A stretch of DNA of 64,000 bases, taken from positions 7,866 to 71,865 of IMG/VR virus record IMGVR_UViG_3300050034_000187; one strand, 5' to 3'. Below the pieces are notes generated by a model. The model was not told where the DNA came from, made no database searches, and worked only from the letters and a program-made list of their open reading frames with translations. A program made the translations under genes and the position numbers. Source of the DNA: a virus. How positions within the stretch are numbered: position 1 is the first letter of the stretch; every line of letters begins with the position of its first letter. Below, piece after piece: positions 19,615 through 30,302 of the stretch.

Positions 19615-20265
19615 ATGAGTATAATTGCAGTATCAGGTTTTATTGGATCAGGCAAGGGATTTTTTTCGGATTATTTACAAAGTACTTATAAATTTAAACA
19701 TATATCATTTGCCGAGTCATTAAAGAAAAGTATTTCTGAAATTTTTGGATGGGATTACGAACTTTTAAAGGGAACTACTTCAGAAAGTAGAGAATGGAGA
19801 GAACAAATTGATCCATGGTGGTCCAAGCGATTAGATATTCCCAATCTAACTCCTAGATTAGTTTTACAAATTGGTGGAACTGATTTATGGAGAAATGGAT
19901 TTCATCAAGACATTTGGATTGCTTCCTTGGAACGAAAATTACAATCAATGTCTAATGATAATATTGTAATTGATGATTGCCGCTTCCCAAATGAATTCAA
20001 AACATTACATTCTATTGGTGCTACCATTGTAAAAATAACCAGAGGGAATAATCCAGAATGGTATAATACCGCATTCAATGAATTATCTTGGATAGAAGAA
20101 CGGGGTTATGAAACTGGTTGGGAAAGTCCTATGCAAAGAAAATATCCAAATATCCATTACTCAGAATGGGCTTGGATTACTCAACACTTTGATAAAGAAC
20201 TTTATAATAATGGAAACAAAGATGAATTTATTAACACCATTGATGAATTCATGAAAACTTTATAA
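19615..20265 (+). CDS. Deoxynucleoside monophosphate kinase (T4 gp1-like)
   Basis: SGFIGSGK P-loop, SFAESLK, TPRLVLQIGGTD, VIDDCRFPNE. Confidence 0.9.
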   Translation: MSIIAVSGFIGSGKGFFSDYLQSTYKFKHISFAESLKKSISEIFGWDYELLKGTTSESREWREQIDPWWSKRLDIPNLTPRLVLQIGGTDLWRNGFHQDIWIASLERKLQSMSNDNIVIDDCRFPNEFKTLHSIGATIVKITRGNNPEWYNTAFNELSWIEERGYETGWESPMQRKYPNIHYSEWAWITQHFDKELYNNGNKDEFINTIDEFMKTL

Positions 20266-21397
20266 TATTATGCAAAAATCTAGCTATATCAAAACAAATA
20301 TTTTTATTGGTATATTTTAATATTAATAATGGAATATGCTTATCTTCACAGAATGTATACTTGGAATTATCTCTATTCTTTGTTAATTTAAATTGCTCCT
20401 CACATTCTGTTTTATTTTTTCCAAACGATGGAATATAGTGCTGCCTTCCATTATATTCTATAGCACCAATTACTTTTTCATTATTCATAATAAGAAAATC
20501 AAAATGCAATGGTAATTTGTATCTGCAACCTTCGATGGTTTGCTGTTCGGAGAAAGCAATTTTGTACGAAGATAAAATATTTCTTACCGCCTCCTCTCCC
20601 TTTGAATTAACTTTGCAAATGGCACATCCATGTTTTCTCGTAATATGAATTGACGGCGACTGCAAAAACCATTTTTGGCAGTTTTTACAAAATATTTTCA
20701 TCTTCGTGGTCATATTAATAAAAGTTGATTCATCATATTCATACTTATCACCATGTATTTCTTTGGCACAATACATAACTTCTTTAAATGTTTTATTTTT
20801 CCCGGCACAATATGGACACCCACTTTTTTGATTAATATGATCTGCTGGATTTTGAGAAAAAGTCTTATGGCACCTATTGCAATATAACTCCACGGGAGTA
20901 TGATTATTTTTATATATAACATTGGAATAATCATACTTATTTTCATGAATGCATTTTGCTTTTAAAATAAATTCTTCCCGAGTTGATTTATAATTTCCCA
21001 CACATTTTATACAGCCTTTTCCAGCACTAATATGATTAGATGGGGTTTGATGCAAAACATATCCACAAGTATTGCAAATTATAATTACCGGCGAATTCAT
21101 ATTAACATATTCAACTTGAGAATAATCATATTTATTTCCATGAATCGCTTGCGCCTCTATTAAGAAATCATACAATGATTTCTGCTGTAATTTCCGCATA
21201 GAAATCATACCGCACTGATAACATCCACATCCTTTTAAATGATTAGTTGGTATTTGCTCAAACATTCCATGAATAGGACATATAATTTTTATTTTATTTT
21301 TATTTCCGACATATTTTAATAAACTATAATCATACTTATTTCCATGAATAATGATTGCTTCTGTTATAAATTTTTCTTGCGTCTTCTTGTGCCCCAT
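20249..21397 (-). CDS. Free-standing homing endonuclease (Zn-ribbon repeats plus PD-(D/E)XK)
   Basis: HGNKYDYS repeats; HFDF...IEYNGRQHY. Confidence 0.85.
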   Translation of the reverse strand: MGHKKTQEKFITEAIIIHGNKYDYSLLKYVGNKNKIKIICPIHGMFEQIPTNHLKGCGCYQCGMISMRKLQQKSLYDFLIEAQAIHGNKYDYSQVEYVNMNSPVIIICNTCGYVLHQTPSNHISAGKGCIKCVGNYKSTREEFILKAKCIHENKYDYSNVIYKNNHTPVELYCNRCHKTFSQNPADHINQKSGCPYCAGKNKTFKEVMYCAKEIHGDKYEYDESTFINMTTKMKIFCKNCQKWFLQSPSIHITRKHGCAICKVNSKGEEAVRNILSSYKIAFSEQQTIEGCRYKLPLHFDFLIMNNEKVIGAIEYNGRQHYIPSFGKNKTECEEQFKLTKNRDNSKYTFCEDKHIPLLILKYTNKNICFDIARFLHNIIKFS

Positions 21398-21474
21398 GGT
21401 TCTCCTTATCTACCCCATATTTAGGGTATTAGATTAAATACCTATAGCGAAATATTCTATAGGAGATATAATCT

Positions 21475-24400
21475 ATGTCAACAACTTTACTTAGTCCGAG
21501 TGTAGAAGTAACCGTCGCAGATAATAGCGCTTACACGAGTTCTGGAACTGGAACAGTACCATTTATTTTAATTGCAACAACAGAAGATAAACTTAATACA
21601 AGTAATGTAACAGCAGCATATACCACCAGTGCTAATGCTGGATCATTATTTGAAATAACTAGTCAGAGAGAATTGGTATCATATTTTGGTCAGCCAAATT
21701 TCTTAACTTCAGATGGAACTCCAGTTAATGGTTCTGAACAAAATGAATATGGTCTAATGACGGCTTATACCTGTTTGGGATTAAGTGACCAAGCATATAT
21801 TATGAGAGCCAATATTGATCTTGATTCATTATCTGGTTCGACCACTCCCCCAACGCAAGATGCAGCAAATGGAACTATTTGGTTGAATACCTCAAAATCA
21901 TCTTGGGGATTGCTACAATGGAGCGCCGCTTCACAAGATTTTTCTACAATTAAATCAACTAACACTTCTGGCAATGCAAAATTATGGATTATTGATTCAT
22001 CTGATGAAACTGATGGAGATACCAGCGCAACCTATGGTAGCTATTATAAACCATCTGCTACTATTGGAAAAACCGGCGATTATGCTATTGTCACAGTTAA
22101 TTCAAGTGACTTAGTTTGGTATATGGGCTATGCTGGAGTATGGAATCTAGTTGGAAGTGATAGTTGGCAATCTTCTCTTCCTACTGCAACAGGAAATGTT
22201 ACAGTCAATACAACTTCATCTATTTCTGGTATTGTTACCATTAATGGATCAAATGTTACTTTAACAAATGCCAATTTATCAACTATTGTATCTGACATTA
22301 ATGCTGCTGCAATTGCTGGTGTTGGAGCATATGCTAATGGTTCTAGATTATCATTAACTGCTAATGCATTAGCTGCCAATAGCGCAATCGTTCTTGGAGC
22401 CACTACAAACGCAGCAATTGGCATTCCCGCAGCCACCTATTATGCTCCTGCTTATACTGCTAGCACATTTACAAATGTGCCAGAATGGCTAACTACCGAT
22501 GCATACCCTGCACCAACTGGCTCAGTCTGGTATAATTTAAGTAATAAAAATGATGGCGCAAATATTGTAATTGAAACATTTAATTCTACTTCAAATGTAT
22601 GGACTTTAGATACAGTCACCGTTGCTAAAAATGATGCTGCTGCAATTTATGCACTCGACCCAGATAATGGTGGCGCAAATATTTCTAACGGAGCATTTTA
22701 TTTAGAAACCGGAACTTATGCAAATGTATGCTCTTCTATTTTGTATGAATGGGATGATGCCGGTAATGCCAGTATTACAGGTACTATTGCAAATCCAACT
22801 CTTGCTAACGGAACTAATACATTAACTATTAATGCATATGCTCCCGGATATTCAGATTTTCTTGGAAATTCAGTAGTATCTTTCCAAGGACCCTCTGTTG
22901 CAAACTTAGTAACTGCAATCAATACACTTGGAATATCTGGATTAACTGCTGGTATTACTTCTTCCGGTTATACTTATATTGAAAATACATATGGTAGCAC
23001 TTTTTATCTATATGATGGAACAAATACTCCATTAGCTGCTTGTGGCATGGATTTAACATCTATCTATCATAAAGTTTCAAATTGGGTTGCTCCAACATAT
23101 GTTCAAGGAAATACTACTCCAACCTCTGAACCAACTGATGGATCTATTTGGTATTATGATGATGAAACAGTTGCAGATATTTTAATTAATACTGGTACAG
23201 CATGGGCATCTTACCGTACAGTATCGTCAGATGCTAGAGGTTTTGATCTAACTGCAACCGATATTGCAGGTCCAATTGCAAGTGCTTCTACTCCTACTAC
23301 ACAATCCAATGGTAATGCATTGGTTGCCGGTGATCTATGGATGAATACTTCCGATCTAGCCTCTCTTCCTAGCATTTATCGCTATGATGGCAGTGCATGG
23401 TCGCAGATTACCAATAGCGATCATACTTCAACTTCCGGTATTGTTTTTGCAGATGCTCGTTGGTCTGCTTATGGAAATGTTGATCCCGGTGCAAGTACTC
23501 TTCCAGCAATTTCAGAAATGCTAGTTGCTTCTCCAATTGTTCTAGATTCAGATGCACCAAGTTATGCATCCTATCCTCGCGGGACTCTCCTATTCAATAC
23601 CCGTAGAAGTGGCATGAATGTAAAGAAATTTACTGATAATGCTATTAGTGATGGAGATTATACCAATACATGGGTATCTGATAGTGGAAATGATGAAAGT
23701 GGTATTGCATATCTCGGAAGTGCTGCTCAACGTAGATTAGTTGTTAAAGCAATGATTGCTGCATTAGAAGATTCGGAAGAATTGCAAGACGAATATTATG
23801 ATTTTAATTTGATGTGTTGCCCCGGGTATCCAGAAGTTTTATCTACCATGGTAACTATCAATGAAGATCGTAGTTATTCAGCTTTTATTGTTACAGATAC
23901 TCCGATGACTCTAGCTCCTGATACTCAAACTCTTGCAGACTGGGCAGGAAATACAAATGATGCAACTACCGATGGTATTAATGGCCTAGTTACAAATAGT
24001 GCCTATGCTGGAATATATTATCCTGCCGGTCTAACAACTGATCTATCAGGTAATGATATTATTGTTCCTGCTTCTCATATGGCATTACCTACTATCATTA
24101 GTAGCGATGCTTCAAGCTATGTTTGGTTTGCTCCAGCAGGTCCTTCTAGAGGCTTGGTTACTTCAGTTTCTTCAGTTGGCTATATTGATGCCCAAACCGG
24201 AGACTACATAACTAATAGCATCTCTAAGAGCCTACAAGATGTTCTTTATCCATTGAATGTTAATTCCGTTGTTAATTCAAAAACATATGGAATTGAAATC
24301 AATGGTCAAAAAACTCTATATGGTCAATCAACTGCATTGGATCGTATCAATGTTGCTAGATTGGTGATTTATATGAAAAAGAAATTGGATAGTATTGGTG

Positions 24401-24651
24401 CCGCTTATCTGTTTGAACAAAATGATGCCACTACTAGAAAAAATCTCGCTTATCAAATTACCGAATTCTTAGCCACTCTCGTAACTGATCGTGCAATCTC
24501 GGATTACGTTGTGGAATGCGATGCCGATAATAATTTAACTGCTACAATCGATGCAAATGAGCTAATCGCAGACGTGGGAGTAGTCCCGCTAAAAAGTGCA
24601 GAATTCGTTTATATTAACCTCAATTTAGATTCAACTATTTCAACTTCATAA
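21475..24651 (+). CDS. gp18: Contractile tail sheath protein with large central insertion
   Basis: LLSPSVEV, ITSQRELVSYFGQPNF, EQNEYGL; C-terminal CCPGYPE, WFAPAG.RG, GQKTL, ALDRINVARL, YLFEQND. Confidence 0.93.
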   Translation: MSTTLLSPSVEVTVADNSAYTSSGTGTVPFILIATTEDKLNTSNVTAAYTTSANAGSLFEITSQRELVSYFGQPNFLTSDGTPVNGSEQNEYGLMTAYTCLGLSDQAYIMRANIDLDSLSGSTTPPTQDAANGTIWLNTSKSSWGLLQWSAASQDFSTIKSTNTSGNAKLWIIDSSDETDGDTSATYGSYYKPSATIGKTGDYAIVTVNSSDLVWYMGYAGVWNLVGSDSWQSSLPTATGNVTVNTTSSISGIVTINGSNVTLTNANLSTIVSDINAAAIAGVGAYANGSRLSLTANALAANSAIVLGATTNAAIGIPAATYYAPAYTASTFTNVPEWLTTDAYPAPTGSVWYNLSNKNDGANIVIETFNSTSNVWTLDTVTVAKNDAAAIYALDPDNGGANISNGAFYLETGTYANVCSSILYEWDDAGNASITGTIANPTLANGTNTLTINAYAPGYSDFLGNSVVSFQGPSVANLVTAINTLGISGLTAGITSSGYTYIENTYGSTFYLYDGTNTPLAACGMDLTSIYHKVSNWVAPTYVQGNTTPTSEPTDGSIWYYDDETVADILINTGTAWASYRTVSSDARGFDLTATDIAGPIASASTPTTQSNGNALVAGDLWMNTSDLASLPSIYRYDGSAWSQITNSDHTSTSGIVFADARWSAYGNVDPGASTLPAISEMLVASPIVLDSDAPSYASYPRGTLLFNTRRSGMNVKKFTDNAISDGDYTNTWVSDSGNDESGIAYLGSAAQRRLVVKAMIAALEDSEELQDEYYDFNLMCCPGYPEVLSTMVTINEDRSYSAFIVTDTPMTLAPDTQTLADWAGNTNDATTDGINGLVTNSAYAGIYYPAGLTTDLSGNDIIVPASHMALPTIISSDASSYVWFAPAGPSRGLVTSVSSVGYIDAQTGDYITNSISKSLQDVLYPLNVNSVVNSKTYGIEINGQKTLYGQSTALDRINVARLVIYMKKKLDSIGAAYLFEQNDATTRKNLAYQITEFLATLVTDRAISDYVVECDADNNLTATIDANELIADVGVVPLKSAEFVYINLNLDSTISTS

Positions 24652-24667
24652 TAGTTAAATCACACTC

Positions 24668-24703
24668 AAAGAAAACACCGAGAATATTCTCGGTGTTTTC
24701 TTT
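24668..24703. terminator. Terminator after the sheath gene
   Basis: 36-bp perfect palindrome AAAGAAAACACCGAGAAT|ATTCTCGGTGTTTTCTTT. Confidence 0.8.
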
Positions 24704-24832
24704 TGAACTAAATATATTTGAAGTCGCGAGATTGCCGTCTCCACTCCATCTAATGTTATGTTTCTTTTGGGAAGAACACCAGCATGATTATTTATATGTT
24801 AATTTCTCCGCAAAAGATAAAGGAGAAATTTT

Positions 24833-25771
24833 ATGTTATCAGATATTGAGTATTTTAATATTCTTGAACAAATTAACCTATCATATTTCGTGAGAGAAAT
24901 TAAAGCCAATGATGACCTACTTGAATGGATTAATAACAAGTCAGATCCAAAAATAGATAATTTACCATATAGTTTCGCAATAAGACTTCATACAAAGTGT
25001 TATCTTATTTTGCATCCAGAAGAATCTATTTATTGTGAATGCGGAAAACCACGAAAATATGAAGGAAAATTCAATAGATTAACCTGCGATGTGCATTGCC
25101 CTATAAAAGCAAAAATCGCTCGAAATACCTGCCTAAGAAAATATAATGTTTCTAGTCCAATGTTATTGCAAGAAGTAAAAGATAAACAAAAAGCTTCTAT
25201 TAAAAATCATTATGGTGTGGAGTATCCAATGCAATGCAAGGAACTTCGAGATAAAGCAGCAAAAACCAACTTAACGAAATATGGAACAAAATTTGCCACA
25301 CAATCAGAACAAGTGAAAGAAAAAACTATAAAAACTAATATGGAAAGATATCATGTTAAAAGTACTGCACAAGTTCCAGAATTTCGAGAAGCACAAAAGA
25401 AAACATTATGGGAGCATTATCATGTAGAATCCCCGTTGCAATCAAAAGAATTAATGGAAAAATTCAAAAATACAAATATTGAAAGATATAATACTCCTTG
25501 GGCAATTACATCAAAGGAAGTACAAGATAAATCCAATAAAACAAAAATGGATCGATACCACACTACTTCGATGTCATCTGTTCCAGAAATATGTGCTAAG
25601 CAAGTTGCTACCAGAAAAGAAACAATGTTGAAGAAATGTGGGAAAGAGCACGAAAGCCAAGTTCACATAAGTGATGAAAGCTATGAAGTTTTAAATGATC
25701 CTATAAAATTTTCAGAGATGCTAATTAAATATGGTAAACCAATAATGGCACAATTATTGGGCGTTGAATGA
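24833..25771 (+). pseudogene. Homing endonuclease N-terminal repeat region, lacking the nuclease domain
   Basis: KY.V..P.Q..E.K.K...TN..RY repeats typical of phage HEG N-termini; ends abruptly overlapping the converging ORF. Confidence 0.55.
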
Positions 25772-26093
25772 AATCTCCATGAATAGGACAAATAATTATA
25801 ATTGTATACTCGGTTGTTTGATATTTTGTTTTTGAATAGTCATATTTATTTTTATGTTTAATATTAGCAAGTTCAATAAATTCCGAAGTGGTATATGAAT
25901 ATTTTCCGCCACATTTCAGACATCCTCTACCTCTCAAATGACTTGCGGGAATTTGTTTAAACATTTCATGTATAGGACATATAATTTGTACTTTTGTTTT
26001 TGCATCAATGTAGTTAACTAATGAATAATTATAAGTAGTTCCATGCCTTTCTATTGCTTGACCTATAAATTCTGCTGTTGTTTTATTTTTCAT
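25725..26093 (-). pseudogene. Truncated Zn-ribbon homing endonuclease (two repeats, no nuclease)
   Basis: N-terminus parallels 20249-21397 (ICPIH..F.Q.P..HL.G.GC) then ends in an unrelated tail. Confidence 0.65.
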
Positions 26094-26107
26094 ATCTTCC
26101 TATATTC

Positions 26108-26167
26108 ATTTTAACATAGAATTGGTGCAAAGTCAAGGTTGACTTTGCACCAATTAGAGTTTATGAT
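26108..26167. promoter_or_regulatory. 17-bp-arm hairpin (26120-26155) acting as terminator and supplying -35 boxes of two divergent sigma70-type promoters
   Basis: Minus strand TTGACT-17-TAAAAT; plus strand TTGACT(26139)-17-TATGAT(26162). Confidence 0.7.
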
Positions 26168-26170
26168 TAA

Positions 26171-26803
26171 TTAGATTGAAGAAGTACTAGATGCCCGAGT
26201 AATAGTATCACCAATACCCGTATCTTGCAAAGCATTATCGTAGCAAACTGTCAATTTAATTGTAACTGGATCACCTGAATTTTTATAATCAAGCGAGTCA
26301 TAGGCGGCGGATTTAATCCAACATCCGCCGAGAGTAAAAGTAGTTAATACCGTTGGATCTTCGCCAGTACCAGCGGTATTACCACCGTCTAATTCTTCAA
26401 TTTCAGTTACGAATTTGAATGCTCCCGGCGCGGTTGCACTAGCTTGGTTAGCAAAATCAAATTGTTGCTGCATTTGCTCACCAACCAATTCTTGAACTGC
26501 ACCATCCATAGAATCTCTAATAGTAATTGTAACATCAGACCAAGTTGGTTTACCCGGATATTTAATAACTGAGTTATAAACATCAATGGTCTTTTGATCG
26601 AATTGTGCAGTTGGCTTGGTGCAATCCATTATCTGCTTTGTTAATGCGATGGAACTGGTAGATGTACCAAATCCAGTAAATAATACCCTGAATCGATATT
26701 TTAATCGTGGGAAAATAAGACCCGATGCACTCGTTGAATATCCTAAATCCGTTAAGGGGACCGAATACGCAGACAACGAGGAAACTGAGGTAACTGAAGA
26801 CAT
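26171..26803 (-). CDS. gp19: Tail tube protein (T4 gp19 family)
   Basis: PRLKYRFRV, YNSVIKYPGKPTWSDVTITIRD, LGGCWI...LDY...ITLTV-like motifs; TAAATA and SD upstream. Confidence 0.88.
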   Translation of the reverse strand: MSSVTSVSSLSAYSVPLTDLGYSTSASGLIFPRLKYRFRVLFTGFGTSTSSIALTKQIMDCTKPTAQFDQKTIDVYNSVIKYPGKPTWSDVTITIRDSMDGAVQELVGEQMQQQFDFANQASATAPGAFKFVTEIEELDGGNTAGTGEDPTVLTTFTLGGCWIKSAAYDSLDYKNSGDPVTIKLTVCYDNALQDTGIGDTITRASSTSSI

Positions 26804-26855
26804 ATTAATATAACTCCTTGATGATATTTATCGAAAATATAAAAATTTCAAGAAA

Positions 26856-28454
26856 TCAAGTTAATTTCAATGAGTATCTATTTTTACCACTATCCCAGAT
26901 TTTATAATATCCTTTCTTTTTATTTTTATTATATTCACTTTTCAAACATCGCGTGTGATTTTTTGTATAAGAAAAATCTGGTTTAATTTCTTTTTCAAAC
27001 GTAAATCCGAATTGTTCATATAACTCACCAATTTCCAGCCTATTATCGGCAAAGGAAGTTATTTTGTTATATCCAAGTTTTAATAATGAATTTTTAATAA
27101 ATGAAATAGCATCAAATCCAAATGAATTATTTTTAGCAATACTTACTAACATAGCAGTCTTTCCCGTCTTTTGAAAAATCCAAGCACCTACTATTTCATT
27201 ATTATATTTTGCTATAATATTAATACTTCCAGATGTACAACCAACAATATTGTTGCAATTTATATAATTTTTAACGTCTTTGGGAGTTTTTCCTTTGATT
27301 ACTTTATAACTAGGAGTTATTATAGTTTTCTCGCATGGAGCTAGTATTTCTTTCAAATAAGATTTTACGATCTCTTGTTTATTTTCCCATTCATCTCCGT
27401 AAATTTGAATTAATCTATCATCTTTGATTTTAGCCAATAGGTATTTTTCATGATCTCTTAGTGGAGTATCATTATTGTATTTTTCAGAATGCCAAACCAA
27501 TCCGTGAAATTCTATAGCTAACTTATGGCTTGGAATGTAAATATCATATTCTTTTAGTGACGGCGGATTAATTCTATAACCGAATATAGCATCTGGTGTA
27601 AATTTCTTAATAAAATTGAATATTTCCCCAGCAGGAGATTCTAAAGTTCTTCCTGATTGAGTACATCCGCATGATTTTGATTTTCCACAAGTTACATCAC
27701 CGAATGCTGGAGTAGATATATTTCCACAATCGCAAATGAATTTATATTTTTCTTTGCACCAAAAACTCCAGATATCTGGTAATTCTTGGTTTGGATCTAA
27801 TGTTAGCTTTCCCCATTTCTGTGATAACCAATATTCCTTAGATTCATCATTGCAATGATGGCATGACTTGGTTGGTTTTGATTGCGGAGTAGGTTTTATT
27901 GTTACTTTACAAAAGGGAAGTGTTGTTAAATTACCGCAGTCACATATAAATTTATATTTATTATGGCAAGCCTGTGACCATTCATCGGGTAACTTCTGAT
28001 TTTTATCAAGAATCAATTTTCCCCATTTTTGAGATAACCAATATTCCTTGGAAATTTCCGTACAATGTCTGCACGAAGATATTCCCGCATGCATAACATT
28101 ATCAAACACAGGAGTAAAATTTCTTCCACACGGACAAGTAAATAGAAATTTTTTATTGCAGCCATTCGGCCAAGCATCTGGTAATGGCTGATCCTTTTTT
28201 AATTTAATTTCACCAAAATCATAATTCAACCAATATTCTTTTGGTTTATCATTACAATGCCCGCAGGTCTTTGTATTATATTTTATTTTGGTAACATTCT
28301 CAAATTTAATTACTGCTGTTTTTCCACAGTCGCATATAAATTTAAATTTATTATTACATCCCTTGCTCCATTCATTCGGTAATTCTTGGTTTGGATCTAA
28401 CTTTAATTTTCCCCATTTTTGAGATAGCCAATATTCTTTTAATAAGTTTTTCAT
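26856..28454 (-). CDS. Homing endonuclease-like protein: four KEYWLSQKWGKL Zn-finger repeats, PD-(D/E)XK nuclease and C-terminal domain
   Basis: ~73-aa repeats with CDCG/C..C; YDIYIPSHKLAIEFHGLVWHSE; promoter TTGAAT-17-TAAGGT with ATG 7 nt downstream. Confidence 0.8.
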   Translation of the reverse strand: MKNLLKEYWLSQKWGKLKLDPNQELPNEWSKGCNNKFKFICDCGKTAVIKFENVTKIKYNTKTCGHCNDKPKEYWLNYDFGEIKLKKDQPLPDAWPNGCNKKFLFTCPCGRNFTPVFDNVMHAGISSCRHCTEISKEYWLSQKWGKLILDKNQKLPDEWSQACHNKYKFICDCGNLTTLPFCKVTIKPTPQSKPTKSCHHCNDESKEYWLSQKWGKLTLDPNQELPDIWSFWCKEKYKFICDCGNISTPAFGDVTCGKSKSCGCTQSGRTLESPAGEIFNFIKKFTPDAIFGYRINPPSLKEYDIYIPSHKLAIEFHGLVWHSEKYNNDTPLRDHEKYLLAKIKDDRLIQIYGDEWENKQEIVKSYLKEILAPCEKTIITPSYKVIKGKTPKDVKNYINCNNIVGCTSGSINIIAKYNNEIVGAWIFQKTGKTAMLVSIAKNNSFGFDAISFIKNSLLKLGYNKITSFADNRLEIGELYEQFGFTFEKEIKPDFSYTKNHTRCLKSEYNKNKKKGYYKIWDSGKNRYSLKLT

Positions 28455-28508
28455 AATCATAACCTTATCACATATTAAATGAACATTCAAATGTACATAA
28501 ATAGTATT

Positions 28509-29585
28509 ATGGCAACAACTATTTTACGATCATATACGCATGCGAGTAATATCTTTGAATCAGATAATGCATCATTTTTGCCAAAAAATAAAAATTGGTT
28601 TTTGGTTGCATTTGAATTAAGTACGGTAGCATTAAAAAAATATAAGAGTTATATATCATTAGATGTTGGAATATTAGGAGTATTAGTAAAGACTGTAAAA
28701 TTGCCAGCGGTTGATCTTACGATTGAAAAGAGAAATAATTATAATAGATGGGATCATGTTACGACTAAGCTGACATATAAGCCAGTAGATATTACTTTTT
28801 GGGATGATAATAGAAATGCTATATTATCATTGTGGTATTCTTATTATGATTATATGATTGAAGAAACCAATTATGTAACTGCGTCGAAGACTTCAGAAGT
28901 CACCATTCAAGATACGTTAAATCCGATATATGGAGCTAATGCCAGTGTTTATACGACGGCTCCGCAAGAAGATGGTTATGGTTATGGATTAGATGTTAAT
29001 ATTGCAAACAGGACATCTCCATTTTTCAAAAGTATTAGAATATTTCATATATCAAGAGCGAATGATAGCAATGGTGCGCAATTTACAGAGCATTGTTTAA
29101 TTAATCCAGTTATATCATCATTTGATCCAGACACCTTGGATATGTCCAATGCAGATTTCACTAGTATTAAAATGTCAATTCAATATGAAACGATTGCATA
29201 TAATACTGGATATTTGCCAAGTTCTGAAATTGCTGAATGGGAAGCTATTAAAAGTGATAATTATTATGATACAACCACGAGTCCAAATTCATTGGCAACC
29301 ACGTTAATAACAGCATCATATGCTGATAGTGTAAGTTCCGGATATTACGGAAATGTTTCCAGCACAAGTAATAATTTATCAACAACTAGTACAAGTAACA
29401 ATTATAGTTCTTCTTCGAATAGCAGTGTATTATCATCTGCAACTTCGTCTGAAGAAGATTTATCAAGTTTAGATACAAGTGATACTACCAGTTCAATTGT
29501 ATCAGTGCCAACTGTTTCAAGTAGCTATGGGACAAGTGGAAACCCCCCATCCACTAGCGATACTTCTTCGGAGGATGATGACTAA
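28509..29585 (+). CDS. Second gp19-like tail tube/baseplate-tube paralog with Ser-rich tail
   Basis: LVKTVKLP, YNR...KLTYKPVDITFWDD, LINPVISSF...L.M...I.YE; TAAATA-N5-ATG. Confidence 0.65.
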   Translation: MATTILRSYTHASNIFESDNASFLPKNKNWFLVAFELSTVALKKYKSYISLDVGILGVLVKTVKLPAVDLTIEKRNNYNRWDHVTTKLTYKPVDITFWDDNRNAILSLWYSYYDYMIEETNYVTASKTSEVTIQDTLNPIYGANASVYTTAPQEDGYGYGLDVNIANRTSPFFKSIRIFHISRANDSNGAQFTEHCLINPVISSFDPDTLDMSNADFTSIKMSIQYETIAYNTGYLPSSEIAEWEAIKSDNYYDTTTSPNSLATTLITASYADSVSSGYYGNVSSTSNNLSTTSTSNNYSSSSNSSVLSSATSSEEDLSSLDTSDTTSSIVSVPTVSSSYGTSGNPPSTSDTSSEDDD

Positions 29586-30115
29586 TGTTTGAATATCTAA
29601 CAGAATCCAAAGCTTTTCGAAATGAAAATATGATTGATAAATTCTCCAGCAAAGATATGTCAGAAATATTATTTGGTATGATGCTAGGGGTAGAATTAAT
29701 ATATAAACTCCTCCCGGAGGATTGCGTATCTTATAAATTAGATACTTTAAAATATCCAATGTTTGATAGAATTTATTTATCCACTACCGATCTTGGTAAT
29801 GCAATTTCTATGGTGAAGAATGCCAAAACAATTCTTGATGCAAAATATTCTATTGATATTCCTATTTTAGACATCAAACATTATTTGAGGAGTAATTTAT
29901 CTGATTCGGATAAACGAGCACTCTTTATAAAATTACAAAGTAGACTGCGAATACATAATACTAAATTAATAAACATTCGAAGAGAGATTTTGGATTCCTA
30001 TTCATTGAACAATATATTATTAAAAAACAAAACATCCGAATTAATGAATATTTTACGAACATATGATTATAAGATGGATATATTATCTATTTTACAAAAA
30101 TATATAGAAAAATAA
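29585..30115 (+). CDS. Hypothetical protein
   Basis: 176-aa ORF coupled to the upstream stop (TAATG). Confidence 0.55.
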   Translation: MFEYLTESKAFRNENMIDKFSSKDMSEILFGMMLGVELIYKLLPEDCVSYKLDTLKYPMFDRIYLSTTDLGNAISMVKNAKTILDAKYSIDIPILDIKHYLRSNLSDSDKRALFIKLQSRLRIHNTKLINIRREILDSYSLNNILLKNKTSELMNILRTYDYKMDILSILQKYIEK

Positions 30116-30121
30116 CTCATT

Positions 30122-30273
30122 AGAAGCGTGACAGGAAACCCGTAAAGATCTATACGAAAAACATGTCGCACCTAGTTGTCTATGATAATTTACTACACAA
30201 CATATAGTGCTTTTAATATAACCACCCATAATCTTTTTATATAATACTCGTCCAAAATATTATTTTCTTGACA
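30122..30273. repeat. Dispersed intergenic repeat, copy 2 (ends in a -35 box)
   Basis: Direct repeat of copy 1; 30128-30273 is a 146-bp inverted repeat of 63369-63514 with 3 mismatches. Confidence 0.97.
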
Positions 30274-30296
30274 TTATTATTCAATCATGAGAATAT
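30268..30296 (+). promoter_or_regulatory. sigma70-type promoter, probably leaderless
   Basis: TTGACA-17-GAATAT with extended TG; ATG 7 nt downstream. Confidence 0.65.
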
Positions 30297-30302
30297 GGAT
30301 AT

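Noticed and set aside
24704-24800. Possible structured leader (GAGA-TTGCCG-TCTC) upstream of the truncated endonuclease
   Set aside because: Stem only 4 bp and single copy; not enough support.
21475-29585. Oversized sheath and two tube paralogs as novelty
   Set aside because: Both are common in large T4-like myophages, so they are recorded as features only.
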